A stretch of DNA of 32,000 nucleotides from Wolbachia endosymbiont of Drosophila innubila (GCF_021378375.1 NZ_CP076228.1:30001-62000), one strand, 5' to 3'. Positions 1 through 10,558 are shown, numbered from the stretch's first letter. Notes: generated by a model from the letters alone, not told the origin. Numbers and translations are program-made.

Positions 1-106
1 AAACGGATAATCAGTCACTCCAGACATTGGAGCTAAAATAACTGGAGAATCAATTGTCAAATTTCCTATTTGGAGGGGCATAAGGTCAATGGTAATTTTT
101 CATTGA

Positions 107-1093
107 TTACATAATGCAACACAAACTTGCATTCTCCCTTGAAATAGAAGACTGAGATGTTTTCGTCCTTGGCGGACGCTTACGATTTCTTAGATCTTCC
201 TTACATTTCTCATCTTCCATAAGCGCTCTTGTAAATTCTTCTCTTTTCTCATTCAAATCAAATTTATATTCTGATAACTTTTTGTCAATTTCGTCAAATG
301 ATTTGTCTTCGTTAAGCATTTGTGTAATTTTATGAGCATTTTCTAACGCAAATATTCCACAGTTATACCCGTCACTTTGCTGCTTAGTTGGGGAAATTCT
401 TATGTCTAATACCCATTCCTCTTTTTGCAGTTCTCTTTTAACAATATTTAGCACATTATCTGGCAATTGATTACCAAATGAGTCACAGTAATAAGCTCTA
501 AATTTTTTATCACCTGCATCAGGTTTAATAACCAAAATTACCCAATGATTGTTGTTAATATGAAGAACCGAAGTAAATATCAATTTAGAATTTTGTTTTA
601 ATTCACCTCTATAATTCTGAAGAAATTCTTTTGTGAGTTCGTCCCAACCATTAGAATAGCTAGGAGCAAGAAAATAGACATTATTATTACTATGTTCACT
701 TTGTGAGTACCCATACACAACTCTTGCAATATGTGTAATGTCATCATCACATAACCAGTAAGCATAATTTCCTCTGTTTGTCTGATGCACAAGAGTGTCC
801 AAATTTTCATGAAACTCTTTACCACCCAAACCACTATCTTTTGAAGCAATAGAACTTCTGCGACTACTGTTCTCTGAAACAGTTGACCCATCTTCATTAT
901 CTGGTCCAGGAAAAATACCACTATCCTCATCTGGAGTTTTTTGCTCACCTTGACTTGCTCTTTTTCCATTAATATAACCCTTCGCTAAGTAAAATAAAGG
1001 TTCAACAACCATTTTGTATGCTACTGTAAGAATTGTTCCCATTAAAACCCAAATTACGGGGTTAGAGATGAGCATAGCAAGTGGAAAGGTCAA
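107..1093 (-). CDS. Ulp1/C48-type cysteine protease domain protein with N-terminal hydrophobic segment; putative effector (N-terminus uncertain; ORF starts at TTG)
   Basis: Motifs consistent with a His-Asp-Cys triad: NNNHWVILVI, YYCDSFG, QQSDGYNCGIFALEN; hydrophobic N-terminus NPVIWVLMGTILTVAYKMVV; C-terminus RNRKRPPRTK...LCCIM. Confidence 0.8.
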   Translation of the reverse strand: MTFPLAMLISNPVIWVLMGTILTVAYKMVVEPLFYLAKGYINGKRASQGEQKTPDEDSGIFPGPDNEDGSTVSENSSRRSSIASKDSGLGGKEFHENLDTLVHQTNRGNYAYWLCDDDITHIARVVYGYSQSEHSNNNVYFLAPSYSNGWDELTKEFLQNYRGELKQNSKLIFTSVLHINNNHWVILVIKPDAGDKKFRAYYCDSFGNQLPDNVLNIVKRELQKEEWVLDIRISPTKQQSDGYNCGIFALENAHKITQMLNEDKSFDEIDKKLSEYKFDLNEKREEFTRALMEDEKCKEDLRNRKRPPRTKTSQSSISRENASLCCIM

Positions 1094-1374
1094 TAGAGGG
1101 GATCCTATTACCGCCCCTAAACAGCCAGCAGCGAATGTGGCTGCTAGGCATACACAAGTAGCGTAGATAACGAATTCCTAACCAGCAAAGTAAGTGCTCT
1201 CTTTCTGATTATTTTTTGTAATGCCCAACATACTACACCCTATGAACGCTAAGTTAATTAAATTTAAACAAATTCTAACAAAAAAATCAACCATAATAAT
1301 TTTAGTAGTATGAGAATATATTGAATATTAAGAGCTTTTGGAGTACAGTAACAATGTTAGTAATAGCACAATAT

Positions 1375-2652
1375 ATGCACGATATAGAATATATACGCAA
1401 AAACCCTGAAGGATTTGAAAAGGCAATGAAAAGCAGGGGAATTAGAGAATCTACTGCGGAAGAGATATTAGAAATCGATCACGAGAAAAGATCATTAACC
1501 ACTAAACTGCAGGATTTGAATAGGCAGCGCAATGAAATCACAGAGGAAATAAAAAAGCTTAAAATGAGCAAGAGCCCCTGTGAAGAGCAAATAGAGTTGT
1601 CAAAAAGCATCACAAATGAGATGGAGGCAATCAGCTTAAAAGAACAAGCAGAAAAGGATAAGTTAGTGAATGTTTTATCTAACTTGCCGAATATTCCTGC
1701 GCAAGATGTGCCAATAGGCGCAGATGAGAACTCTAATTTAGAGGTGAGAAGATATGGAGGAAAAAGACAGTTTGATTTTGTACCAGAATCTCATTATGAA
1801 CTCGGAGAAAAATTAGGTTTAATGGACTTCGAACAAGCGGCGAGAATTTCCGGATCAAGATTTACGATATTAAAAGGACAGTTAGCTAAGCTTGGACGAG
1901 CGCTAATAAATTGTATGCTTGAAATGCATGTTAATGAATTTGGCTATACTGAGGTGTACCACCCGGCTTTGGTGAAAAACGAAGCTATGTATAATGTTGG
2001 TCAGCTACCGAAATTTTCTGACGATTCGTATTTAACTATCGACGAATTGAGGTTGATTCCCACAAGTGAAGTGTTTTTAACAAATTTAGTTGCTGACAAA
2101 ATAATGGAAGAAAAAGAACTGCCTATTCGCTTTACTGCATATTCGGAGTGCTTTCGTAAAGAAGCAGGTAGTGCAGGTCGCGATACCAGGGGCATGATAA
2201 GGCAACACCAATTTGGTAAAGTGGAGTTGGTAAGCATCACAACTGAAGACCAATCAAATGATGAGCTTGAGCGTATGATGAGTGTTGCTGAAGAGATATT
2301 AAAAAAATTAGAATTGCCATACAGAGTAATGCTGCTTTGCAGTGGCGATATGGGTTTTGCTGCACAAAGGACTTATGACATAGAGGTATGGTTACCTGGG
2401 CAAAATAAATATAGAGAAATATCAAGCTGCTCAAATTGTGGTGCATTTCAAGCAAGAAGGATGAACGCTAAATACTCTTCAGAAACTGATAAAAAGATGA
2501 AAAAATATATTCACACTTTAAACGGCTCAGCTTTAGCTATAGGAAGAACGATTATTGCCATAATGGAGAATTATCAAAATTCTGACGGGTCGATTGCAAT
2601 ACCAAACGTGTTGCAAAAATACATGAGTAATGATACTGTTATAAGCAAATAA
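1375..2652 (+). CDS. serS: Seryl-tRNA synthetase
   Basis: Start [22 protein letters not shown]; class II motifs ([55 protein letters not shown]). ATG at 1375 preferred over ORF-track TTG at 1321. Confidence 0.95.
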   Translation: MHDIEYIRKNPEGFEKAMKSRGIRESTAEEILEIDHEKRSLTTKLQDLNRQRNEITEEIKKLKMSKSPCEEQIELSKSITNEMEAISLKEQAEKDKLVNVLSNLPNIPAQDVPIGADENSNLEVRRYGGKRQFDFVPESHYELGEKLGLMDFEQAARISGSRFTILKGQLAKLGRALINCMLEMHVNEFGYTEVYHPALVKNEAMYNVGQLPKFSDDSYLTIDELRLIPTSEVFLTNLVADKIMEEKELPIRFTAYSECFRKEAGSAGRDTRGMIRQHQFGKVELVSITTEDQSNDELERMMSVAEEILKKLELPYRVMLLCSGDMGFAAQRTYDIEVWLPGQNKYREISSCSNCGAFQARRMNAKYSSETDKKMKKYIHTLNGSALAIGRTIIAIMENYQNSDGSIAIPNVLQKYMSNDTVISK

Positions 2653-2686
2653 TAATTTTGACATATAGAAAAGCGAGGAAATAAAG

Positions 2687-3958
2687 ATGAAGGTTCTGGT
2701 TATAGGTTCTGGTGGGCGTGAGCACGCTCTACTTTGGGCTCTAAAAAAATCTCCTATCTTGACTGAGTTATATGTAACTCCTGGTCGCCAAGCTATGAAA
2801 GATCTTGGGGCTCTTGTGGATGTAAATATTCAAAATTCAGTGGATGTTACACAATTTTGCAAGAGAGAAAATATAGAGTTGGTTGTTATTGGTCCAGAAC
2901 AACCAATAATTGATGGGCTTGCTGATGATTTAGTTGCAGAGGGAATAAATGTTTTTGCTCCAAGTCAAGCAACTGCAAAACTTGAGGGATCGAAGTCTTT
3001 CACCAAGGGACTATGTAAGCGATATGGTATACCAACTGCCAAGTACGAGTGTTTTGTTGATGAAGGGTTAGCTAAAGATTTTGTACGTAGCAATAAAATA
3101 AAGTTTCCACTTGTAGTGAAAGCAAATGGAATTGCAGCAGGAAAAGGGGTGGTTATATGTAATACAGAAAGCGAAGCTTTTTCAGCAATAAATTCAATGC
3201 TAGTGGAGAAAAAATTTGGTGAATCAGGTGAAGAAATAATCATAGAAGAGTTTTTAGTTGGAGAAGAAGTAAGTTTTTTTGCTCTTATTGATGGGTTGAA
3301 AGTAGTAACTCTTGGGTGTGCAAAAGATTATAAGAGAGTTGATGAAAGTAATGAAAGCCAAAATACTGGAGGTATGGGGTCGTACTCATCACCTTCAATT
3401 ATAAGTAAGGACATGGAGCAAAAAATTATCCAAAAAATAATATACCCTACAGCTCAAGCATTGGTTAACATGGGTACGTCTTATAAAGGAGTACTCTTTG
3501 CTGGTTTAATGATTTGCAAAGATAGCCCAAAACTTCTCGAGTATAACGTTAGATTCGGTGATCCAGAAACGCAATCTATATTACCTAGATTTGATTCAAA
3601 TTGCGATTTGTTAAAATTGATGTTGTCAGTTGCAGAAGGAAAGTTAAATGTCAAAATGGTGGAACTTAACAACAAATCTACAGTTTGTGTAGTTGTTGCA
3701 AGTAAAGGCTATCCGGGTGATTATCAAAAGGGAGAAGTAATTAAAGGATTAGATAAGATTGAAAGCATTCCTGGTGTGTTGGTGTTTCATGCTGGTACTA
3801 AATTCGATGAAAGTGGTAACTTAGTTTCCGGTGGCGGAAGAGTGCTAAATATAGTAGCAGAAGGGAGCACTATAGAGGAAGCCAAAAGTAAGGTGTACTC
3901 AGCATTAAATTTTTTAGAATGGCCAGGGGGCTTCTTCAGATACGATATCGGTAGTTAA
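2687..3958 (+). CDS. purD: Phosphoribosylamine--glycine ligase
   Basis: MKVLVIGSGGREHALLWAL, GPEQPIIDGLADDL, NTGGMGSYSSP, EYNVRFGDPETQ motifs. Confidence 0.96.
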   Translation: MKVLVIGSGGREHALLWALKKSPILTELYVTPGRQAMKDLGALVDVNIQNSVDVTQFCKRENIELVVIGPEQPIIDGLADDLVAEGINVFAPSQATAKLEGSKSFTKGLCKRYGIPTAKYECFVDEGLAKDFVRSNKIKFPLVVKANGIAAGKGVVICNTESEAFSAINSMLVEKKFGESGEEIIIEEFLVGEEVSFFALIDGLKVVTLGCAKDYKRVDESNESQNTGGMGSYSSPSIISKDMEQKIIQKIIYPTAQALVNMGTSYKGVLFAGLMICKDSPKLLEYNVRFGDPETQSILPRFDSNCDLLKLMLSVAEGKLNVKMVELNNKSTVCVVVASKGYPGDYQKGEVIKGLDKIESIPGVLVFHAGTKFDESGNLVSGGGRVLNIVAEGSTIEEAKSKVYSALNFLEWPGGFFRYDIGS

Positions 3959-3988
3959 TGTTAGCTGTCGGTTAGCAGGTGGTTCACA

Positions 3989-4295
3989 GAAACGAAAAAC
4001 TTCCTTGACAAACTCCGCCAGCCCCCTTATCATGAAACTGAAGCTATTGTATTTGCTTTCGCCAATCTGCAGATTAAAAGGTAAGGATTACTTAATGTAT
4101 CGGCGTCTTATGTTCAATTTTTTGCAGTATATAGATACTGTATGTCTTTACAAAACTTCATCTACATCTAGATTTTTATCTAAATAAGCTGAACGCGCTT
4201 ATAAAGCGTTACAAGACATCAAAAAATGCCAATACTCGACAGAGATAGTAAAAGACTAGCTAACTCGGGGGTTCTTTGTCTTTTCTTCTGCTTAG
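3989..4295 (+). repeat. Dispersed intergenic repeat, copy A (inverted partner near 22567..22855)
   Basis: Shares TTGACA...CGCCAGCCCCCTTATCATGAAACTGA, CTGCAGATTAAA, GGCGTCTTAT...TTCAATTTTTTGCA, and the AAGCTGAA/ACGCGCTTA block with the reverse complement of the region just upstream of 22909. Confidence 0.75.
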
Positions 4296-4473
4296 TAAAT
4301 TTCTTAAACATTTGCAGCGTAAGTTAGTTGCAATTAAAAGCGGCTGAATCTCGCTTGTCAAGCGTTTAAAACATAAAAAACGCCAATATTTTAAAGCGGA
4401 TAATAACCCCAGGGCTTCTTTTGCCTTTTTTTTGTTTGGTAAATTTCTTAAATATTTATGGCTAAACGACAAT

Positions 4474-4520
4474 CGTCATCCCGCAGCGGGATCTAGAGAT
4501 ACCGCGGCGGTATGACGTAG
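4474..4520. repeat. Wolbachia palindromic-type repeat (GTCATCCCGC...GCGGGATCTAGAGATACCGCGGCGGTATGACG)
   Basis: Same motif recurs at 8281..8389 and in 25213..25740. Confidence 0.75.
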
Positions 4521-5049
4521 GGAAACCTTTCTTGGGTTAGCTATAAAACTAATCAGCATCTTGTTTAGCACATATAAATTAAGTTTCACAAATATAGTGC
4601 TAAACCTTGAAAATATGTTATAGCTACTTCTTCCAATTTAGTGGTGGGTTTTGACAGTACACATGTTATTTTACTAGCTACCAACTCAAGTGTCACAGAA
4701 GTTGCAATCACTGCATTTATATTCTGTACTTTAACATTTACTCTACTTTCTATTAGAGGCTTTACCCCCCTTACATCATTACGTACAGCAGTATGATTTA
4801 TTTCATTTTCAATTCCACTACTATGCTGCAACAAGATATCCCCATTAACTTTTATTTCAACATTTTTGTCACTGCTACCATTGTTAAAATTTAATCCCTC
4901 ATCTCTTCTACTTTGTCTTTTTTCTTTTAATTTTAATTCAGTTTCTCTTTTATCAAGGGTAGGAAATGGGATGTGAGTTTTTTCCTGACCATCTTGATTA
5001 TAGCTCTTGTTGTATTAAAAGCTTCGTTGCTTTTACATGATATTGTATA

Positions 5050-5905
5050 AGTAAGTGGTGTGTAGATTTTTTCTTCACTATCTGGATATTTTATAGTTAT
5101 TGTTGCATTAAGAATGTCTTTCAGAATATCATTTTCTCTAGCTATGTCTAAAATTTTTTGAATAACTTTGCGATCATGTAATGCGGCAAGTAACTTATCA
5201 GTTACTTTTTGATTATTTTTATGGTTATTGTTGTGTTAAGAATGTCTTTCAGAATACCGTTTTCTTTAGCTACTCTTAACATTTTCTCAACAGCTATACT
5301 ATCTTTACGTAGTATAGCATAAGCAAGTGGTGTGCAAGTTTCTTCCTGACCATCTGGGTATTTTATAGTTGTTGTTGCGTCAAGAATGTCTTTCAGAATA
5401 CCGTTTTCTTTAGCTACTCTTAACATTTTCTCAACAGCCATACTATCTTTACGTAGTATAGCATAAGCAAGTGGTGTAACAGTTACTCTCCGACCATCTA
5501 GACATTTTATAGTTATTGTTGCGTTAAGAATATCTTTCAGAATACTGTTCTCCTTAGAGACTTTTAAAATTTCTTCAATAGCTATACTATCTTCATATAG
5601 TATAGCATAAGCAAGTGGTGTAACAGTTGCTCTCCGACCATCTGGATATTTTATAGTTGTTGTTGCGTTAAGAATATCTTTCAGAATACCGTTTTCTTTA
5701 GAGACTTTTAAAGTTTCTTCAATAGTTTTGCTATTTTTACATAATATGGCATAAGTAAGTGGTGTGCAAGTTTCTTCCTGACCACCTGGATATTTTATAA
5801 TTGTTGTTGCGTCAAGAATGTCTTTCAGAATACCGTTTTCTTTAGCTACTCTTAACATTTTCTCAACAGCTATACTATCTTTACGTAGTATAGCATAAGC
5901 AAGTG
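5050..5905 (-). repeat. 144-bp coding tandem repeats (48 aa, about 6 units plus a partial one)
   Basis: Unit TPLAYAILRKDSMAVEKMLRVAKENGILKDILDATTTIKYPDGQEETC repeated directly in the ORF 5202..5960 protein, with a further unit after a frameshift. Confidence 0.85.
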
Positions 5906-5915
5906 ATATAATAGT

Positions 5916-7832
5916 GTGCGCCAAGAAGTGCGTAAGGAACAGTTGGTGAAAATCCAACACGGGTAAAGCTTAGCCGGCAACCTGGAACAAACCATTATGC
6001 TGCGTAAGGTAACGAGCGTAGTAAAGCTAATGGAATGGACAACATAGGGTGCAACGAAAGTGAAGGTATTGAGTCCCGTAATTCACGCGTCATGGGGGCT
6101 GACACTTTACATTTGGTGGAAGGCAACATGGGTAATAACGCTAAGGCAAGATATTACTCACCTCATCGGGATCGAAGGCCGCGTCATGTGTTGAGATGGA
6201 CCTTACGTGAACTTGGGAGATCCTTTGTATTCCTGTAAGGGTACTCTGGAACAAGTCAATAAAGGCGAGGACTGGAGGAAGATGCAAAGGAAGTCGGACT
6301 AATTGATAGTACTCGGAGTGTGGGAAAGCCACATACAAGGGGAAGCGGTTAGCAATATAGTGACTGGTATAGGGATTGCTATACCAATACAACAGAGATT
6401 AGAGGAGTATGCAAGGAAAACTAAACCAGATAGCAGTAAGGGCTAAGCAAGATAAGCGAGTAAAATTTACATCATTAGTTCATTTGATTAATGAAGAGAA
6501 TCTTGCAGAGTGTTATAAGGAACTAAAACGCAACAAGGCTTGTAGTATAGATCGTGTGACAGTGGAAGCTTATGGAGAAAATCTAGAAGAGAAACTTAAA
6601 ACACTAGTGGATAGTATGAAGAGAAAACAATATCAACCGCTACCAGTGAAAAGGGTATACATACCCAAAGCCGGGAGCAAAGAGAAGCGCGGTCTCGGAA
6701 TACCATCAACGGAAGATAAGTTGGTACAGGTAATGCTAAAGAAGATATTAGAAAATATTTATGAAGCAAACTTTATGGACAGCTCGTATGGATTTCGACC
6801 AGGAAGAAATTGTCATCAGGCGATAAACGCTCTAGATAAAGCAGTTATGCACAAACCAATTAACTATATTGTAGAAGTGGATATCAAGAAGTTCTTTGAT
6901 AATGTTCAACATAAATGGCTAATGAATTGTCTAAGGGAACGAATAGCTGACCCAAATTTATTGTGGTTAATAAAACGATTTCTAAAGGCAGGAATAGTCG
7001 AAGTTGGATGTTATAAAGCAACCGATCAAGGCACACCACAAGGTGGTATAGTAAGCCCTGTATTAGCTAATATATACTTACACTATGTGCTGGACTTATG
7101 GTTTGAAAAGAAATTTAAGCCAAAAGCCAGAGGATATTTACAGCTAATAAGGTTTTGCGACGATTTTGTAGTTGGCTGCGAGAGGGAAGAAGACGCAAAA
7201 GAATTTCTAGAATTACTGAAACAAAGACTAAGTAAATTTGGGTTGGAAATAGCTGAAAATAAAACAAAAATAGTAAAGTTTGGTAAGAAAGAATGGTATC
7301 AAGCAGAAAGAGAGAAACGTAGGACGGCTAGCTTCAACTTTCTAGGATTTACACATTATTGTGGAAAAAGTCGTAATGGTAAACTTATGATGAAGCAGAA
7401 AACTTCAAAAATAAGCCTAGCCAGAAAGATTAAAGAAATCAAAGAATGGTTGAAGATGGTACGAAGTCGTATCTGTTTCAAAGATTGGTGGCAGAAACTT
7501 AAAGCCAAACTAACAGGACACTATAGCTACTTCGGAGTTAGCGGAAATTATCGGTGTTTGATTCAATTCTATCGACCGGTAACAAAGTTAGCATTTAAGT
7601 GGATAAACCGACGTAGTCAAAAGAAAAGTATGGATTGGGAACAATTTATACACTATTTAAAAGTAAATCCATTACCAAAACCAAAGGTATATGTTTCTTT
7701 ATACACAGGAGCACTAGTGTGAACGCTGTATTGTGGAGCCGTGTGCGGGAAATCCGCAAGCACGGTTCTTTTGGGGAGACTATGGTTATGAGACCAAATC
7801 GCTGGTTTCAAGGTCATGAGTCTCTACCAGAC
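5916..7832 (+). mobile_element. Group II intron, apparently full length, with intact intron-encoded protein
   Basis: 5' end GTGCGCC at 5916; domain V-like GAGCCGTGTGCGGGAAATCCGCAAGCACGGTTC at 7736..7768; 3' end ...CCAGAC at 7832; removal restores the host frame on the opposite strand. Confidence 0.9.
6409..7722 (+). CDS. Group II intron reverse transcriptase/maturase
   Basis: RT motifs YGFRPGRNCHQAI, VEVDIKKFFDNVQH, GTPQGGIVSPVLANIYLHYVLD, RFCDDFVV, FNFLGFTHY and a GIIM-like C-terminus. Confidence 0.95.
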   Translation: MQGKLNQIAVRAKQDKRVKFTSLVHLINEENLAECYKELKRNKACSIDRVTVEAYGENLEEKLKTLVDSMKRKQYQPLPVKRVYIPKAGSKEKRGLGIPSTEDKLVQVMLKKILENIYEANFMDSSYGFRPGRNCHQAINALDKAVMHKPINYIVEVDIKKFFDNVQHKWLMNCLRERIADPNLLWLIKRFLKAGIVEVGCYKATDQGTPQGGIVSPVLANIYLHYVLDLWFEKKFKPKARGYLQLIRFCDDFVVGCEREEDAKEFLELLKQRLSKFGLEIAENKTKIVKFGKKEWYQAEREKRRTASFNFLGFTHYCGKSRNGKLMMKQKTSKISLARKIKEIKEWLKMVRSRICFKDWWQKLKAKLTGHYSYFGVSGNYRCLIQFYRPVTKLAFKWINRRSQKKSMDWEQFIHYLKVNPLPKPKVYVSLYTGALV

Positions 7833-8280
7833 TGATTCTTTACCCCGATGTTTACTTACTTCCGTAGTAAGAATCCTTTGTTTTTCCTTTTCAGATATTT
7901 TTTCTAGTTCTTCAGCAATGCTACTTTTTTTGCCTTCTATTTTTGATGCTAATTTTAAAATACTTTTTTCATCTTTCTCTTTCAATTTCGAATCGTTTAC
8001 CTGATGAGTCATTTTTTTTCTCAAGGTCTTTCTTATTAAACTAAGCATAACATTTTCTCTCTTCGTGGTTATAATATTTGCTTTTATGAATCAGTTGTGT
8101 TGATAATGTATTAATTGCATAGTTCAGACATTGTTTTATAAAGCAAAATTTTAGTAGACCGCCTTACAAGAACGTTTCTTGCTAATTCTGAATCCGAAAA
8201 AAGGACGCAGTAAAGTTATTTGTAAGGGAAGAATGAAACTTGTAGCTATAGCTAAACTGACTTACGATAATTTGAAAAAC

Positions 8281-8389
8281 CGTCATCCCGCTGCTTGTTA
8301 GCGGGATCTAGAGATACCGCGGCGGTATGACGGTTCGCAGTGGTATGACGGTTCGCGGCGGGATGACGATAAGCTCGTCATCCCGCTAC
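8281..8389. repeat. Palindromic-type repeat cluster (GTCATCCCGC / GCGGTATGACGG)
   Basis: CGTCATCCCGCTGCTTGTTAGCGGGATCTAGAGATACCGCGGCGGTATGACGG followed by two shorter copies; shares about 50 bp with 25360..25410. Confidence 0.8.
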
Positions 8390-8461
8390 ATTAATATTGT
8401 ATTAATAAAAACTTAATAATAATCCTTAATAATATATGAACTAACATGTTTGCAATTTCGT

Positions 8462-9328
8462 ATGACAGAGGAAACAAAAGATGGATATGCTTCCTTATAC
8501 GTTGCAATTCAGGAAGGTAATATTGAAGCTGCAGAACTACTAATAAAATGTGGCACAAACGTCAATGATCATTATGAACGCAATCGTACGCCACTGCATA
8601 TTGCCATCGGACGCAAACAATTAGAAATAGCAAAATTGCTGATAAAAAATGGAGCAAACGTTAATGCAAAAACTCAAAATCATGGTAAAGATGATCTAAC
8701 ACCAATGCACTTTGCAGTTTTTGCAAATACGCCAGAATTTATAGAATTACTAGCTAGCCATGGTGCATTGATTAATGAAAGAGAAAGTACCGAAGGGTAT
8801 ACTCCTCTTCACTTTGCTGCTTTATATGGGAACAAAAATATAATACAAGCCTTAATTGATAAGGGACAAGATATTGAAGATATGGACAATAATGGGCGAA
8901 CAGCTCTGTTTTTAGCTGCTAGGCAGTGCACTGAAGCAGAAGATGATAGCAGAATAGAAATTATCAAGTATTTGATAGACAAGCTCAAAGCAGATGTAAC
9001 AAAGAAAGACAATAATAACAATGCAGTACTCTTTCCTGCCGCTAATAATTGCCCTGGAAAAGTGGTAGAATTCATCATTGAGCAATATATAAAAATCTTT
9101 GAGTTAGAGAATTTTATCAACCACAAAAATAATGATGGAATGGATGCTTTGGATATTGCGCTGAATAGTGGAAACGAGAAAGCTATTGAAGTATTAAGAT
9201 CATATGGAGCAGATATCAAGAATAAGGTAGATGGTAGCATTCAAAAAATTACTGCAGAAAAACCAAGTAGTACCCTAGACAGAGCAGAAAGTGCAGAGGT
9301 AGCGCCTCCAATTAAGCAAAGAGTATAA
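8462..9328 (+). CDS. Ankyrin repeat protein
   Basis: Repeats such as RTPLHIAIGRKQLEIAKLLIKNGANVNAK, YTPLHFAALYGNKNIIQALIDKGQDIEDMDNNG, DGMDALDIALNSGNEKAIEVLRSYGADI; ATG at 8462 (ORF-track TTG at 8450). Confidence 0.93.
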   Translation: MTEETKDGYASLYVAIQEGNIEAAELLIKCGTNVNDHYERNRTPLHIAIGRKQLEIAKLLIKNGANVNAKTQNHGKDDLTPMHFAVFANTPEFIELLASHGALINERESTEGYTPLHFAALYGNKNIIQALIDKGQDIEDMDNNGRTALFLAARQCTEAEDDSRIEIIKYLIDKLKADVTKKDNNNNAVLFPAANNCPGKVVEFIIEQYIKIFELENFINHKNNDGMDALDIALNSGNEKAIEVLRSYGADIKNKVDGSIQKITAEKPSSTLDRAESAEVAPPIKQRV

Positions 9329-9631
9329 AGCTTTTTATAAAGCGATTATAAATTTCAGTAAGTTGCAGAGGCTCTACAATGGGAAGTGTAGTATGTTAGC
9401 AGATACAAATGACTAGATAAATTATATTTCATTAAAGTCATTTATCTTGAAACATAAGCAGGATTTTGTATAGTTGTTTCAATTTGGGTCTATATATTGA
9501 AACAACGCGTGAAAATGACAGGTCATTGTACAAGAGGTATCTAATTCACCGACAAGAATGCTAGATAAAGACACTTACATTTCAATTATTTCACAATTTC
9601 TGTATAATCTTAAAAACTCAATTAGTGCGTT

Positions 9632-10558
9632 ATGAAGATAATAATAGGTAATGCTAGTAAGGAATTAGGGGAATCAGTAGTTAACCGGCTAGATGTTCAA
9701 CCATCCTCTGCTTGGATATCAAAGTTTACCGATGGTGAGGTAAATGTAGAAGTAGCAAATGATCTATATAATCAAGAAGTATATATAATACAATCTCTTT
9801 CTCCCCCTGTGAATGATAATCTTATGGAGCTTCTGCTTATAATTGATGCAGTAAATAGATTAGGAGCCAAAAGGATAGTAGTAATTATCCCTTATTATGG
9901 ATATAGCAGGCAAGATAGAATTATCAAGAACAATAATGTGCAGTCTGCTTTAAGTGCCAAATTAGTTGCAAATCTTATTCAAACTGCAGGTGCAAGTAGC
10001 GTTGCAGTTATTGATTTGCACTCAAGTCAAATTGAAGGATTCTTTGATGTACCGATAACTAATTTGAACTGCTTTGAAGCATTTGTTGACTCTATACACA
10101 CAGAAAATTTGGCAATTGTTGCACCTGATGTTGGAGCAATTGGCAGAGCACGTGCTTTTGCAACGACTTTAGAGGAAAAGTACAAGATAGGGTTAAATGA
10201 TAAGATTATTGTAGTAGATAAATATAGGGAGAAAGCAGGCACATCTCAAGTAATGAACATAATAGGAGAAGTTGCAAATAAAAATTGTGTCATTGTTGAT
10301 GATATAGTTGACTCTGGTGGAACATTGTGTAATGCAGCTCTTGCTTTAAAAGGCCACGGAGCAAAGTCCGTAATTTCATGCATCACACATGGCGTGCTTT
10401 CAGGAAGTGCAGTTGAGAAAATTTCTTCCTCTTCTTTAGATAAATTAGTGATTACGGATACCATACTTCACAAATTTGAAAAAACTGGTAAAATAGAAGT
10501 TGTTTCGGTCGTAGATATTTTAACTCACTTTATCCAAGGAGGTAAAGATGCCAGCTAA
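9632..10558 (+). CDS. prs: Ribose-phosphate pyrophosphokinase
   Basis: KRIVVIIPYYGYSRQDR; CVIVDDIVDSGGTLCNAA (PRPP loop). Confidence 0.95.
   Translation: MKIIIGNASKELGESVVNRLDVQPSSAWISKFTDGEVNVEVANDLYNQEVYIIQSLSPPVNDNLMELLLIIDAVNRLGAKRIVVIIPYYGYSRQDRIIKNNNVQSALSAKLVANLIQTAGASSVAVIDLHSSQIEGFFDVPITNLNCFEAFVDSIHTENLAIVAPDVGAIGRARAFATTLEEKYKIGLNDKIIVVDKYREKAGTSQVMNIIGEVANKNCVIVDDIVDSGGTLCNAALALKGHGAKSVISCITHGVLSGSAVEKISSSSLDKLVITDTILHKFEKTGKIEVVSVVDILTHFIQGGKDAS

Larger units (their letters stand above)
4586..8048 (-). pseudogene. Tandem 48-aa ankyrin-like repeat protein gene, frameshifted at the 3' end and interrupted by an antisense group II intron (5916..7832)
   Basis: N-terminal exon 7833..8048 (MLSLIRKTLRKKMTHQVNDSK...SKHRGKES) joins in frame to TIISLAYAILRKD... 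at 5915 when the intron is removed; reading continues in other frames below about 5215 (VTDKLLAALHDRKVIQKILDIARENDILKDILNATITIKYPDSEE) and in ORF 4586..4834. Confidence 0.8.

Noticed and set aside
598-969. Plus-strand-listed 123-aa ORF overlapping the Ulp1-type gene region
   Set aside because: It is an alternate-frame translation of the same minus-strand gene; no family motifs and low-complexity composition.
4005-4472. Small ORFs 4005..4187 and 4260..4472
   Set aside because: They lie in dispersed intergenic repeat sequence and show no recognisable domain.
5916-6392. ORFs 6035..6238 and 6141..6392
   Set aside because: They lie within the structured 5' RNA domains of the group II intron, not in likely coding sequence.
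6409-7722. Reverse transcriptase considered as retron or defence-associated RT
   Set aside because: Flanked by group II intron 5' GTGCG and a domain V hairpin, with a GIIM-like C-terminus; typical intron-encoded protein.
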